Shown: piece after piece, positions 21,578 through 34,785 of the stretch | Numbering within the stretch: the stretch's first letter is position 1 | Layout of the letters: every line of letters begins with the position of its first letter | Source: Mobula hypostoma | Lineage: Eukaryota | Direction: 5' to 3' | NCBI RefSeq assembly: GCF_963921235.1 | Contig: NC_086097.1 | Coordinates: 199,518,001-199,582,000, forward strand | DNA: 64,000 nucleotides | Notes under the pieces: model-generated | What the model was told of the DNA's origin: nothing | What the model saw: the letters and a program-made list of their open reading frames with translations, nothing else | Database searches by the model: none | Program-made: the position numbers and the translations under genes

Positions 21578-24390
21578 TTGCAGGGGGATGGGAACCACAG
21601 TACCAGAGCTGACAGTGTGGCTGGGATGAAAATAAACGATGTTAAAAGTTCAAGCAAATCCACTAATAGAAAGGTTGTGAGTGGTGGTAAAAATCTTCTG
21701 AGGTGTATATATTTCAATGCTAGGAGTATTGCGGGGAAGGCGGATGAGTTGAGGGCGTGGATTGACACGTGGAATTATGAAGTTGTAGCAATTAGTGAGA
21801 CTTGGCTACAGGAAGAGCAGGACTGGCAGCTTAATATTCCAGGGTTCTGATGTTTCAGATGTGATCGAGGCAGAGGAATGAAAGGTGGGGGAGTAGCTTT
21901 GCTTGTTAGGGAAAATATTACAGCAGTGCTCAGGCAGGACAGATTAAAGGGCTTGTCTACTGAGTCCTTATGGGTGGAGCTGAGAAACAGGAAAGGTATG
22001 GCCACATTAGTGGGATTGTATTACAGACCACCCAATAGTCAAAGAGAATTGGAAGAGCAAATCTGCAGAGAGATAGAAGGCAACTGCAGGAAACATAAAG
22101 TTGTGGTGGTAGGGGATTTTAATTTTCCGTACATTGATTGGGACTCCCATACTGTTAGGGGTCTAGATGGTTTAGAGTTTGTAAAATGTGTTCAGGAAAG
22201 TTTTCTAAATCAATATATAGAGGGACGAACTAGAGGGGACGCAATATTGGATCTCCTGTTAGGAAACGAGTTAGGGCAAGTGACGGAAGTTTGTGTAGGG
22301 GAGCACTTTGATTCCAGTGATCATAACACCATTAGTTTCAATTTGATCATGGACAAGGATAGATCTGGTCCTAGGGTTGAGGTTCTGAACTGGAAAAAGG
22401 CCAAATTTGAAGAAATGAGAAAGGATCTAAAAAGCGTGGATTGGGACAGGTTGTTCTCTGGCAAAGATGTGATTGGTAGCTGGGAAGCCTTCAAAGGGGT
22501 AATTTTGAGAGTGCAGAGTTTGTATGTTCCTGTCAGGATTAAAGGCAAATTGAATAGGAATAAGGAACCTTGGTTCTCAAGGGATATTGCAACTCTGATA
22601 AAGAAGAAGAGGGAGTTGTATGAAATGTATAGGAAACAGGGAGTAAATCAAGTGCTTGAGGAGTATAAGAAGTGCAAGAAAATACTTAAGAAAGTAATCA
22701 GGAGGGCTAAAAGAAGACATGAGGTTGCCTTGGCAGTCAAAGTGAAGGATAATCCAAAGAGCTTTTACAAGTATATTAAGAGCAAAAGGATTGTAAGGGA
22801 TAAAATTGGTCCTCTTGAAGATCAGAGTGGTCGGCTATGTGCGGAACCAGAGGAAGTGGGGGAGATCTTAAAAACAGGTTTTTTGCGTCTGTATTTACTA
22901 AGGAAACTGGCATGAAGTCTGTGGAATTGAGGGAATCAAGTAGTGAGATCATGGAAACTGTACAGATTGAAAAGGAGGAGGTGCTTGCTGTCTTGAGGAA
23001 AATTAAAGTGGATAAATCCCCAGGACCTGACAGAGTGTTCCCTCGGACCTTGAAGGAGACTAGTGTTGAAATTGCGGGGGCCCTGGCAGAAATATTTAAA
23101 ATGTCGCTGTCTACGGGTGAGGTGCCGGAGGATTGGAGAGTGGCTCATGTTGTTCCGTTGTTTAAAAATGGATCGAAAAGTAATCCGGGAAATTATAGGC
23201 TGGTGAGTTTAACGTCGGTAGTAGGTAAGTTATTGGAGGGAGTACTAAGAGACAGAATCTACAAGCATTTGGATAGACAGGAACTTATTAGGGAGAGTCA
23301 ACATGGCTTTGTGCGTGGTAGGTCATGTTTGACCAATCTATTGGAGTTTTTTGAGGAGGTTACCAGGAAAGTGGATGAAGGGAAGGCAGTGGATATTGTC
23401 TACATGGATTTCAGTAAGGCCTTTGACAAGGTCCCGCATGGGAGGTTAGTTAGGAAAATTCAGTCGCTCGGTATACATGGAGAGGTGGTAAATTGGATTA
23501 GACATTGGCTTAATGGAAGAAGCCAAAGAGTGGTAGTAGAGAATTGCTTCTCTGATTGGAGGCCTGTGACTAGTGGTGTGCCACAGGGATCAGTGCTGGG
23601 TCCATTGTTATTTGTCATCTATATCAATGATCTGGATGATAATGTGGTAAATTGGATCAGCAAATTTGCTGATGATACAAAGATTGTAGGTGTAGTAGAC
23701 AGTGAGGAAGGTTTTCAGAGCCTGCAGAGGGACTTGGACCAGCTGGAAAAATGGGCTGAAAAATGGCAGATGGAGTTTAATACTGACAAGTGTGAGGTAT
23801 GGCATGTTGGAAGGACAAACCAAGGTAGAACATACAGGGTTAATGGTAAGGCACTGAGGAGTGCAGTAGAACAGAGGGATCTGGGAATACAGATACAAAA
23901 TTCCCTAAAAGTGGTGTCACAAGTAGATAGGGTTGTAAAGAGAGCTTTTGGTACATTGGCCTTTATTAATCAAAGTATTCAGTATAAGAGCTGGAATGTT
24001 ATGATGAGATTGTATAAGGCATTGGTGAGGCCGAATCTGGAGTATTGTGTTCAGTTTTGGTCACCAAATTACAGGAAGGATATAAATAAGGTTGAAAGAG
24101 TGCAGAGAAGGTTTACAAGGATGTTGCCGGGACTTGAGAAACTTAGTTACAGAGAAAGGTTGAATAGGTTAGGACTTTATTCCCTGGAGAGTAGAAGAAT
24201 GAGGGGTGATTTGATAGAGGTATATAAAATTATGATGGGAATAGGTAGAGTGAATGCAAGCAGGCTTTTTCCACTGAGGAAAGGGGAGAAAAAAACCAGA
24301 GGACATTGGTTAAGGGTGAGGGGGGAAAAGTTTAAGGGGAACATTAGGGGGGGGCTTCTTCACACAGAGAGTGGTGGGAGTAGGGAATGA
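21578..24390 (+). pseudogene. CR1 ORF2: apurinic-like endonuclease plus reverse transcriptase
   Basis: YFNARSI, ISETWL, YYRPP, GDFNFP, SSDHN, KSPGPD, DFSKAFDKV, GVPQGSVLGP, KFADDTK. TGA at 21848; frameshifts near 22870 and 24350. Confidence 0.95.
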
Positions 24391-26034
24391 GCTGCCAGAT
24401 GAGGTGGTAAATGCGGGTTCTTTTTTAACATTTAAGAATAAATTAGACAGATACATGGATGGGAGGTGTATGGAGGGATATGGTCCGTGTGCAGGTCAGT
24501 GGGACTAGGCAGAAAATGGTTCGGCACAGGCAAGAAGGGCCAAAAGGCCTGTTTCTGTGCTGTAGTTTCTATAGTTCTATGGTTCTATGTCCTTATCTCG
24601 AGTATACAATGGGAATCATTTTCAAACTTGAATGCTAATGCATTTAATTCTTGCAACAAACAGTTTATATTTGCTGATTAGACATCTGAGTACTTCACAT
24701 GGATCGCTCTTTCAATGTCTGGTATCATTCAAATTAAACAAGAGTTACCATGGAGGATTCAGGCAGTATTTTCAATATCCATTTAAAGGCAAGTTTATGC
24801 AAGTTTACTTTAAATATTCTGGCTCTTCCTGTAGAATGGAGCATTCACCGTTTTACCAGCATTCACCAACATTCTTTAAGAAGGGAGGAAGGCAAAAGAA
24901 TGGAAATTATAAGCCAGTTAGCCTAACCTCAATGGCTGGGGAAGTGTTGGAGTCCATAATGAAGGATGAGGTTTCAAGGTACTTGGAGACTAATGATAAA
25001 ATAAGTCAAAGTCAGCATGGTTTCTGCAAAGGGAAATCTTGCCTGACAAATATGCTAGAGTTCTTCGAGAAAGTAACAAGCTGGGTGAACAAAGGAGAGG
25101 CAGTTGTTGTTATTGGATTTTCAGAAGGCGTTTGATATTATGTCACATAAGAAGCTGCTTAACAAGCTAAAATCCTAATGACTGACAGGCAGGAGGCAGC
25201 GAGTGAGAATAAAGGAGGCCTTTTCTGGTTGGCTGACTAGTGGTCTTTCTCAGGGGTGAGAATTGGGACCGCTACTTTTCACATTGTTTGTCAATGATTG
25301 GATGATGGAATTGATGGCTTTGTGGCAAAGTTTGCGGATGATACGAAGATAGGTGGAGGGGTAGGTAGTGCTGAGGAAGCAATCTGATTGCCGAAGGACT
25401 TAGACAAATTGGAAGATTGGGCAGTAAAGTGGCAGATGGAATACAGTGTTTGGAAATGTATGATAATGCATTTTGGTAAAAGGAACAAAAGTGCAGACTA
25501 TTATTTAAATGGGGAGAAAATTCAAACATTAGACGTGCAAAGGGACATCTGATGTCTCGTGCAAGACTCCCGGAAGGTTAATTTACAGATTGAGACTGTG
25601 GTAAGAAGGCAAATGCAATGTTGGCATTCATTTCAATGGGAATAGAATATAAAAACAAGGAGATAATGCTGAGCCTTTATAAGACACTAGTCAGGTTGCA
25701 CTCTGGTACTGACAACAGTTTTGGGCCCTATATCTCAAAAAGGATGTGTTGTTATTGAAGAGAGTCCACAGGAGATACATGAGGATGATTCCAGGAATGA
25801 AAGAGTTAATATATGAAGAGAGTTTGGCAGCTTTGGGCCTGCACTCAATGGAATTTAGAAGAATGTGTGGGGATCTCACTGAAACCTACCAAATGTTGAA
25901 TGGACTAGATAAAGTGGATGTGCAGAGGATATTTCCTATGGTTGGGGTGTCCAGCCTCAAAACTGAGAGTTGAACCTTCAGAACAGAGGTAAAGAGGATT
26001 TTTCTTTTTTAGCCAGAGATGGTGAATCTATGGA

Positions 26035-27054
26035 ATAGTCATAGTCATAGTTATACTTATAGTCATAATTTATTGATCCCGGGGGAAATTGGTTTTCATT
26101 ACAGTTGCACCATAAATAATTAAATAGTAATAAAACCATAAATAATTTAATGGTAATATGTAAATTATGCCAGTAAATTGTGAAATAAATCCAGGGCCAG
26201 CCTATTGGCTCAGGGTGTCTGACCCTCCAAGGGAGGAGTTGTAAAGTTTGATGGCCACAGGCAGGAATGACTTCCTATGACGCTCTGTGTTGCATCTCGG
26301 TGGAATGAGTCTCTGGCTGAATGTACTCCTGTGCCCAACCAGTACATTATGTAGTGGATGGGAGACATTGTCCAAGATGGCATGCAACTTGGACAGCATC
26401 CTCTTTTCAGACACCGACTCCACCACCAGAGTTCAGTTCCATCCCCACAACATCACTGGCCTTACGAATGTGTTTGTTGATTCTGTTGGTGTCTGCTACC
26501 CTCAGCCTGCTGCCCCAGCGCACAACAGGAAACATGATTGCACTGGCCACCACAGACTCGTAGAACATCCTCAGCATCGTCCGGCAGTTGTTATAGGACC
26601 TCAGTCTCCTCAGGAAATAGAGGCGGCTCTGACCCTTCTTGTAGACAGCCTCAGTGTTCTTTGACCAGTCCAGTTTATTGTCAATTCGTATCTCCAGGTA
26701 TTTGTAATCCTCCACCATGTCCACACTGATCCCCTGGATGGAAACAGGGGTCACCGGTACCTTAGCTCTCCTCAGGTCTACCACCAGCTCCTTAGTCTTT
26801 TTCACATTAAGCTGCAGATAATACTGCTCACACCATGTGACGGTTTCCTGCCGTAGCCCTGTACTCAGCCTCATCTCCCTTGCTGATGCATCCAACCATG
26901 GCAGAGTCATCAGAAAACTTCTGAAGATGACAAGACTCTGTGCAGTAGTTGAAGTCTGAGGTGTAAATGGTGAAGAGAAAGGGAGACAAGACTGTCCCCT
27001 GTGGAGCCCCAGTGCTGCTGATCACTCTATCGGACACACAGTGTTGCAAGCACA
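26035..27054 (-). mobile_element. 5'-truncated Rex1/Babar LINE with (GACTAT)n tail
   Basis: GAPQGTVLSPFLFTIYTSDF...QKFSDDSA, LNVKKTKELVVDLRR, KKGQSRLYFLRRLRS, SHPLH...SFLPVAIKLYN. Confidence 0.92.
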
Positions 27055-27169
27055 CTGCCACGGTGTGCTCTGCCACAGGCAGCTGTGGTGGCCAAGACCA
27101 TGGGTTTCATTTCCTGATTGGTCAGGGCATCAAAGGCTGTGGCGAGAAGGCAGGTGTATGGAGTTGAGT

Positions 27170-28105
27170 GAACTGAATTGAATTGAATTTATTACTTACA
27201 TCCTTTATATACATGAGGAGTTAAAACCTTTACGTTATGTCTCCTTATAAACGTACAATGTGCAATTTATAGTAATTTATAATAAATAGTATGTACAACA
27301 ATATAACATGTGTCAGCATGAATTAATCAGTCTGATGGCCTGGTGGAAGAAGCTGTCCCGGAGCCTGTTGCTCCTGGCTTTTATGCTGCGGTACTACTTC
27401 CCGGATGGTAGCAGCTGGAATAGATTGTGGTTGGGGTGATTCGGGTCCCCAATGATCCTTTGGGCCTTTTTTACACACCAGCTTTGTAAATGTCCTGAAT
27501 AGTGGGAAACTCACATCTATAAATGTGCTGGGCTGTCCACACCACTCTCTGCAGAGTCCTGCGATTGAGGGAAGTACAGTTCCCACACCAGGCAGTGATG
27601 CAGCTAATCAGGATGCTCTCAATTATGCGCCTGTAGAAAGTCCTTAGGATTTGGTGGCCCATACCAAACTCCTTCAACCATCTGAGGTGAAAGAGGCGCT
27701 GTTGTTACTTTTTCATCATACAGCTGGTACGTACAGACCACATGAGATCCTCAGTGATGTTTATGCCGAGGAACTTAAAGCTGCTCAGCCTCTCAGCCCC
27801 AGATCCATTGTTGTCAATAGGGGCTAGTCTGTCTCCATTCCTCCTGTAGTCCACAACCAGCTCCTTTGTTTTTGCGACATTGAGGGAGAGGTTGTTTCCT
27901 TGACACCACTGTGTCGGGGTGATGACTTTTTCTCTGTAGGCTGCCTCATTATTATTTGGGATTAGGCCAATCAGTGTAGTATTGTTAGCAAATTTAATTA
28001 GCAGATTGTATCTGTGAGTGGCAACACAGTCATGGGTATATAGGGAGTAAAGGAGGGAGCTTAGGACACAGCCCTGAGGGGTACCTGTGTTGAGAGTCAG
28101 AGGGG
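27170..28105 (-). mobile_element. 5'-truncated Rex1/Babar LINE (different subfamily) with (CAATT)n tail
   Basis: FGMGHQILRTFYRRIIESILISCITAWCGNCT...LQRVV. The tail appears as tgaattgaattgaatt on the plus strand. Confidence 0.85.
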
Positions 28106-28511
28106 CTGTCAGGATCAGCCATGTTGGAATCGTTGAGCAGTCTTATGGGTTGAATGGCCTAATTCTGCTTCTATGTCTTATGGTCTCATTGGGATTTTGC
28201 AAATTATACACAACTTATATGCAACTTATATCTGGTTTATATACAATTTATAGCATATCATAAAGGTTTGCATGCAGCTATGCAGTGAATCTAACCTAGT
28301 CAGCTATTAGGTTGTGATAGAGAGATTATCCTGAGAAAACATCAGATCATATGTGATCTTACAGTCACAGAAACAACACAATAAGTCTGGGCTGGATTTC
28401 AGGGGCATGATCGGGAATTTAAATATAATAATTTTTGAAAGGACATTGATAAATACTGTATGCGTGTACATAATGATCATTGGGTGTTCCCTACCCTGCC
28501 CGAGCCTCTAA

Positions 28512-28725
28512 CACGAGAAAACTTGTGGATGTTGGAGATCAAAACAACACACACAAAATGCCAGAGGAACTCAGCAGGCCAGGCAGCATCTATGGAAAAG
28601 GTTAACAGTGGCCGTTTCTGGCAGAGACCTTTCATCTGGACTCGGCCCAAAATGGTGACTGAGCACTCTTTACCATGGATGTTGCCTGGCCTGCTGAGTT
28701 CCTTCAGCATTTTATGTGTGTTGCC
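28512..28725. mobile_element. Palindromic Penelope-terminus element
   Basis: caacacacacaaaatgccagaggaactcagcaggccaggcagcatctatgg is inverted as ccatggatgttgcctggcctgctgagttccttcagcattttatgtgtgttg. Confidence 0.85.
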
Positions 28726-29389
28726 TGAGTCTCTGCTTCTCCTTCACCTTACTCTATAAGCCTGTTGCTCTATTCCTTTTCTTTAGTAATCATTTAAGTT
28801 TCTTGAAATGCATTTATAAACCTTATCTCATCCAATTCACATAGTAGTAAGTTTCATATCATAATCAATCTCTAGGTAAAGAAACTCATCCTAGATTCTT
28901 AGAGGGATTATTAGACACTGCCACACATTTATGACCTCCAGGTATAGACTGTTTCAATATTGGAAACATCTTTGCATCACATTGCCAGACATGTCATTTA
29001 ATAAAGGCAGGGTGTGAACAATAGAATATCAATGAACGTTGTGAACAATGAGATTAAAAATATTTCTCCTTAACAAAAGGTTAAATGATTGGAAGTTAAG
29101 TAGCAGAAGGGCTAAGAAGGGAAATGAATTTGAATTTGTAGCAGCAATAGGTTTTGGGGAAAAAAAGAATAAAATTTCAACTGTTCATGATGTCAAAGCA
29201 ATGAGGCATCATGTTTAAAATGTGCATTCTCTGGTCTAGAGAAACTATTTGATAGTCATTAATAAAGATTGGGTTAAAAGGTAATTATATTATTGAGTAA
29301 ATATCTGTGATAAGTTCAACCGGCAATTCAAGTGTAAATGCAATGGTTTCATGAAAATTTCTTTTGCAAAATTAACGGCAGAGGTATTT

Positions 29390-30620
29390 GTATTTTCATT
29401 ATCAGGACCTGGCTGTCATTGGCAAGTAAACATGCTAATTGGACTTATGAGAGTGGTGGTAGTTGCCTTATTGAACTACTTCTAACCTTAGATCTCCAGG
29501 ATATAGACCCAATAATAATGAAGGATCATTCATACCTTTCCAAGTCAAGATGGTGTGTAGTGTGGGCAGGCACCTTTAGGTGATGGTATCTGTATTTGTC
29601 CTCTCTCTCGGTGATCAAAGTTGCAGGTACTGTTGGCATTGTCTGAGTGAGTAACAACAGTGCCTTTTGTAGGTGGTACATACTACAATCTGTTTGTGGA
29701 ACTGGGAAAAAAAATCCATAGGATAGCTGATGAAATGTCAATCAACAGCTGCTTTGTCAAGTTTCCTGGGAGTTATTGCCAATGCCCTCGTCCGGGCAAG
29801 AAGAGGGTATTCCATCATGCTCCTAAATTGCCCATAGTGGATGTTGGAAGTACCCTTGGTTTCTCAGGAACAGGGCCCCTTATAACAAGATACTCAACCT
29901 CCTTTTAGAACAACAGTATCTAGGAGCTTGGACCAGTTGAGTGCCTGTGAATGGTGACCATACCTACCTGCCCCCTGCAAACTGTGGGAGAGGTCTCCGT
30001 GATGGCAATGCCTTTGAATATCAAGGTTGGGTGGTTTGACTCTCTTATAGGACTGTGATGTGACTTCTTGCTATCGTGAAAGTGATGCATCTGCTATAGG
30101 TAGATCAGTATGGATGAATTCATGTGTGTTCATCTCTCATATTGCTTCACTCGCTACCTGCAGAATGGCAACGATAGCCGCAGTGACTTGGCCAGCTGGG
30201 TATATGGAGGTACTGCAAAGCCACTCTTGGTGATAGGAATTGAAAACCTCACCCTTGTCACTTTTATTGTGTCTTCCAAGTGTTGTTTAACATGGAGCTG
30301 CACTGATTCATCACCTGAGGGAGGAGAGTATACTGTATCACAATCAGGCAGAGTTTAATTTGTCCATATTAAACATTATATTATACAACTTCATGTGATC
30401 TGGAGTCAATGTTGAGGAATCTGAAAGTTACTCCTTCCTGTTTAATATACCATTGCGCTCCCACCTCTAGAGGGCCTATCTTGTGATGGGAAAAGCATTG
30501 CTGGAGATGGTGATGAAGGAATCTGACATATTGACTACATGATTTTTTTTGCGGCTTGAGTCTGTGGGACGGTTGCTTAGACACCAGTCCCCAGATTCAC
30601 CTGGCTCTTCAATAAGTCCC
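29390..30620 (-). mobile_element. Highly decayed LINE (CR1/L2 group)
   Basis: Its 3' end is shared with 880-1010. Only scattered LINE-like sequence remains and no ORF is intact. Confidence 0.4.
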
Positions 30621-30699
30621 AGGCTGGCACCCTTTCAGCATGTTTTATGCCACTGGACAGTTCACTTTCTACTTCATGCTGCTCCTTGCCTCCTGATCT

Positions 30700-31245
30700 T
30701 GTCCAGAAGTCAAAGATTTCATCACTTTTGATACCAATTTACCACTCTGCTCACAATCTCATGTGGTCTTCCTCTCTCAAATCCTCTACCACTATTTCAG
30801 GAAAAACATTAATGGCCAGTATCCACAATACTGGCTTCCATTTTCTGCAGCTGTGTTGCATCTATTCTGACAATGCTTCCAATATTTCAGCCTTTTTCCT
30901 CAACCATGTTTCCTATCCACTATAATTTACACAGTTCTCAACAGCATCTATTCTATCTTGCACATTTCTGCTCTCACCCCCTGGCCCCCTACCATGAATT
31001 AAATTAGGGTTTCCCTGTCTTCACCTTCCACCATTTTCACATTTGACGGACCATGCCCTATAATTTCTGGCATCTGGAATGTATAATTCCATATTTTGCC
31101 CTCTTCTTTCAGCATTCTGAAGAGACCAATCCCTCCATGACATGCTCTGGCACTCCTCAAATTCCACCAACATCCAGCTCACTGCTCCTGGAACCTCCCC
31201 ATGCAAATGCAGGTCATTGCACACCTATTCTTCTATCTCCTGTTT
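30700..31245 (+). mobile_element. Decayed Penelope-like ORF fragment (post-RT region)
   Basis: FHFLQLCCIYSDNASNISAFFLNH and agggtttccctgtcttcaccttccacc resemble the Penelope motifs SQFLRLRRICS and RVPLVLTFHP. Confidence 0.6.
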
Positions 31246-31999
31246 CCCCCAAAAGCAAGAGCTCCTGACAGCGAAAACAGCAATGTAATTGAATCTTTTC
31301 CAACATTGGTAGATAAACGAATGTGATCTACAGATACATTTTAAGGAGTTGAGAAATGAGTTAATGTAGCAATATCTTGAATTTCTCCCAGTACCACATG
31401 CCAGTGAGTACAGAGATGGGAGGATAGTGCATGGCTGAGGAAATGGTGCAGAAGACAGGACCTGCAGTTGCTGGAGCACTGCCAGTAATTCTCAGGCAGG
31501 TGACACCTGTACAAATATGAAGTCCGTGTTTCAAGACTCCAGGGTCCACTATCACGTACACAGCTGAAGTTGCTTTATTGTGTACATTTTAAGATAGCCC
31601 AGAATGAACATGAGGAGCTACATAAAGATTCAGAAGGGGAGAATGCAATATTGAAAAAGGTAGAGAGAAATTAATTAAGGAGTTTGAAAGCCAGGAAGCC
31701 AGGACAAAAATTGAAAACATGACTGCACTTTATCATATCTGTCAGAAAAATGTCAAATAAGACTTCATGGGATGAAATGAAGAACAAGAGAGAAGCCAAA
31801 AACAAGAGTGCCACAGAGTACTGTGGAGGCCAAGTCATTGGATTAGTAAGGGTGTCAAAAGTGAGGGGGAGAATGCAGGAGAGTGGGGCTGTGAGGGATA
31901 ATAAGTCAGCCACAATGGAATAGTGGAGCGAACTCAGTGAGCTGAAGGGCCTAATTCTGCTCCTATGTCACATGACCTTATGGTATTTACATACTTCTG

Positions 32000-33410
32000 A
32001 GAAGATTTGATGGAGTGCAGAATTGTCTGAAGAAAATAGAAGAATAAATTTGTAAGTGAATCCGTGACATAAGTGCAAAAGAATGATGGTAGTAATAGAA
32101 GGAGATTGCAATTACCCAATTATTAACTGGGATACAGATAGTGCAAAAAATAAAGAATTCAATTTAGAAAGTTTTTTTGAGTTAGAATATATCAAGCCCA
32201 ACATAATGGGGGCCATTCTGGATTTAGTTCTAGAAAATACAGTTAGAACAGTTAGAAGCAGTGATTGGTTTAGATGATTGTTATGCTGGTTATCATAATT
32301 CAATTCAATTTAGTACAGTCATGGAAAAGGACAATGATGTATTAGGAGTCGATATTGTAACTGGGTTAAGGCCAGTATTACTAGCCTAAGGTATCACTTA
32401 GCAAAGGTAGATTTGAAATAGTTACTTGAAGATAAGTCTGTCTTTGAACAATGGGAGACACTTCAAAGAGGCAGTGGAGTTAGAATTAACCTGTTGCCAC
32501 AAACAGAGAAGGATAGGATGGCGAGAACCTTCCAAGTGACAAGATGCAGAGAGGATATGATGAGGTATGAAAGGAAAACTTATGTTAGTACTAAGAGCTC
32601 AGGCTTATGTCTGTTACTGTGTTAATATAAAGATTATGGTAATGTAGCAGAAAGCCTGGAAGTACACCACAAGTGTGGGAGTGAAATTGGAAGGAAAATA
32701 TGAAAGTGAAGAATTTTAAAAATTGGCAAAATACCATCAAAGAAAATCAAAATATGTTTCATAAGAACATAAGGAGCCAAATCATAACTAAGGGAATAAT
32801 AGAGACCACAGAGTAACCAATGCATGAAGGTAATGATTGAGAAAGATTTTATTGTCACTCAAATTCCAGAGAGAGTAGTATTTATTACCGAGCTTTTATT
32901 AGCACTGGATAGTAATGATTTAGACTAAATACAGGATGAATGGTAAAGAGGTTTGCAGATGATACAAAATTTAGCTATGCTTCTGCCAATAGGGAGGAAA
33001 GCTCTTATCTGTAGTGGTTAATTGGGCAGAAATATGGCGAATAGAATTTAATGCAAAGAACAGTGAGGTAATATCCTTGGGGATATGTAACAAAACAAGG
33101 AAATAAGTAATAAATGGAACTGTTGAGAGGTATGGAGAAACAGAGACAGATCACTTTTTCGATCCTTAAAGGTAGCAGGCCAGATTAAAAAGCTGGTTGA
33201 AAAGGTGGACAGGAATCTTCCATTTATTAACAAAGGCTTAGGATGTGTGAGCAGGAAATATGGGCTTGTACTGCATACAACGCGTGTTCGATCATAGCCT
33301 GAATCAAGGTTATGTGTGGACAGAAGAGGAGTGCAGAGGAGATTTATAAGGATTGAAAATTCTACAGTGTATAAAGGTTTGATAAGCTAGTGTTGTTTCC
33401 TTTTGAACAG
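32000..33410 (+). mobile_element. Very old CR1 ORF2 remnant
   Basis: VVIEGDCNYPIINW and GAILDLVL (endonuclease); tttgcagatgatacaaaa (FADDTK) at about 32952. Confidence 0.65.
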
Positions 33411-33419
33411 AGAATATTC

Positions 33420-33700
33420 CCATCCATAGATGCTGCCTGACCTGCTGAGCTCCTCCTGCACATTGTAGAAAAGATACTTCTTCCAGTAGATTTCTGAATC
33501 CTTTTGCTTGAAAGAATAGCAGAGCCAGAGAGATTTCCCAAATTTATATACTGCATAGATATATATAATGTATAATTAATGTTCAGTGTAACACAGGCAG
33601 CATCTGGAGGAACTCAGCAGGCCAGGCAACATCGATGGGAAAGAGTACAGTCGATATTTTGGGCCAAGACCCTTCAGCAGGATCTGTGTGTTGCCTCTGT
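33420..33700. mobile_element. Two short Penelope-terminus fragments in opposite orientation
   Basis: ccatagatgctgcctgacctgctgagc at about 33425, and ggaggaactcagcaggccaggcaacatcgatgg...ccttcagcagga at about 33605-33683. Confidence 0.7.
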
Positions 33701-33869
33701 GTCTAGTTTTTATTGTATGTGTACCTTGTTGTCTTTTGTACATGTTCACTTGACTTGACTTGAGTTTGACTTGACCATTTGAAGAGTTATGACCTGTAGG
33801 GTTGTTGTCCTGGTACTGGAAGGTGAAGTTAAACTGGGTACCTGCTGTTTGACTGAGATGGGTTCAAAA

Positions 33870-34066
33870 GGTATGTTGGTACATCTAGTAGATCAGCTAC
33901 ATACAGGTATATACAGTTCCAGTGGCTCAGGTTCAATCTTGACTTCCAATGCTGTCTGTGAGGAATCTTCAGGTTCTGCCTGTAATCACCTGGATTTTGA
34001 TGAGTGCTTTATTTTCTCTTCCACTTCCCAAAAATGCATGGGTTAATAGATTAATTGATCATTGTA
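33870..34066 (+). mobile_element. Degenerate V-SINE
   Basis: caggttcaatcttgacttcc...gtctgtgaggaatct...ttccacttcccaaaaatgcatgggttaatagattaattg, similar to 2262-2500. Confidence 0.5.
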
Positions 34067-34785
34067 AAACATAGAAAAATGGAAAATCTACAGCACATTA
34101 CAGGCCCTTCAGCCTACAATGTTGTGCCGACCATATAACCTACTCTAGAAACTGCCAGAATTTCTGTACTGCGTAGCCCTCTATTTTTCTAAGCTTCATG
34201 TACCTAAGAGTTTCTTAAAAGACCCACCTTTGCTGGCAGTGCCTTCCATGCACCCACCACTCTCTGTGTGGAAAAACTAATCTCTGACATCCCCCTTACA
34301 AGCACCTTAAGACTGTGCCCCCCTCATGTTAGCCATTTCAGCTCTGGGAAAAAGCCTCTGGCTACCCACATGATCAATGCCCCTCATCACCTCTATCAGG
34401 TCACCTCTCATCCTCTGTCACGCCAAGGAGAAAAGGCCATTCACTCAGACTATCTCATAAGGCACGCTCTCTAATCCAGGCAACAACCTTGTAAATCTCC
34501 TCTGCACTCTCTCTATAGTATCCACATCCTTCTTGTAGTGAGGTGACCAGAACTGAACACAGTACTTCAAGTGGGGTCTAACTAAGGTCCTATATAGCTG
34601 TAATATTACCTCATGGCTCTTGAACTCAATCCCATGGTTGACAAAGGCCAACACACCATATGCCTTCTTAACAACACTGTCAACCTGCGCAGCAGCTTTG
34701 AGTGTCCTATGGACACGGATCCCAAGATCTTGCTGATCCTCCACACTGCCAAGAGTCTTACCATAAATATTATATTCTGCCTTCA
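34067..34785 (-). mobile_element. 5'-truncated CR1 LINE
   Basis: QDLGIRVHRTLK...LYRTLVRPHLKYCVQFWSPHYKKD...ERVQRRFTRLLPGLE. The tail appears as aaacatagaaa on the plus strand. Confidence 0.9.

Larger units (their letters stand above)
20365..24589 (+). mobile_element. Full-length CR1 LINE (5' UTR, ORF1, ORF2, 3' tandem tail)
   Basis: CpG-rich 5' UTR, esterase ORF1, APE-RT ORF2 and the 3' end tttctatagttctatggttctatg. The 5' boundary is approximate. Confidence 0.95.
24870..28190 (+). mobile_element. Decayed 5'-truncated CR1 in three pieces (24870-26034, 27068-27170, 28110-28190)
   Basis: FKKGGRQKNGNYKPVSLTS...SQHGFCKGKSCLTN and KFADDTKIGG. The 3' UTR resumes after each Rex1 insertion and ends ttctatgtcttatgg. 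Confidence 0.85.
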
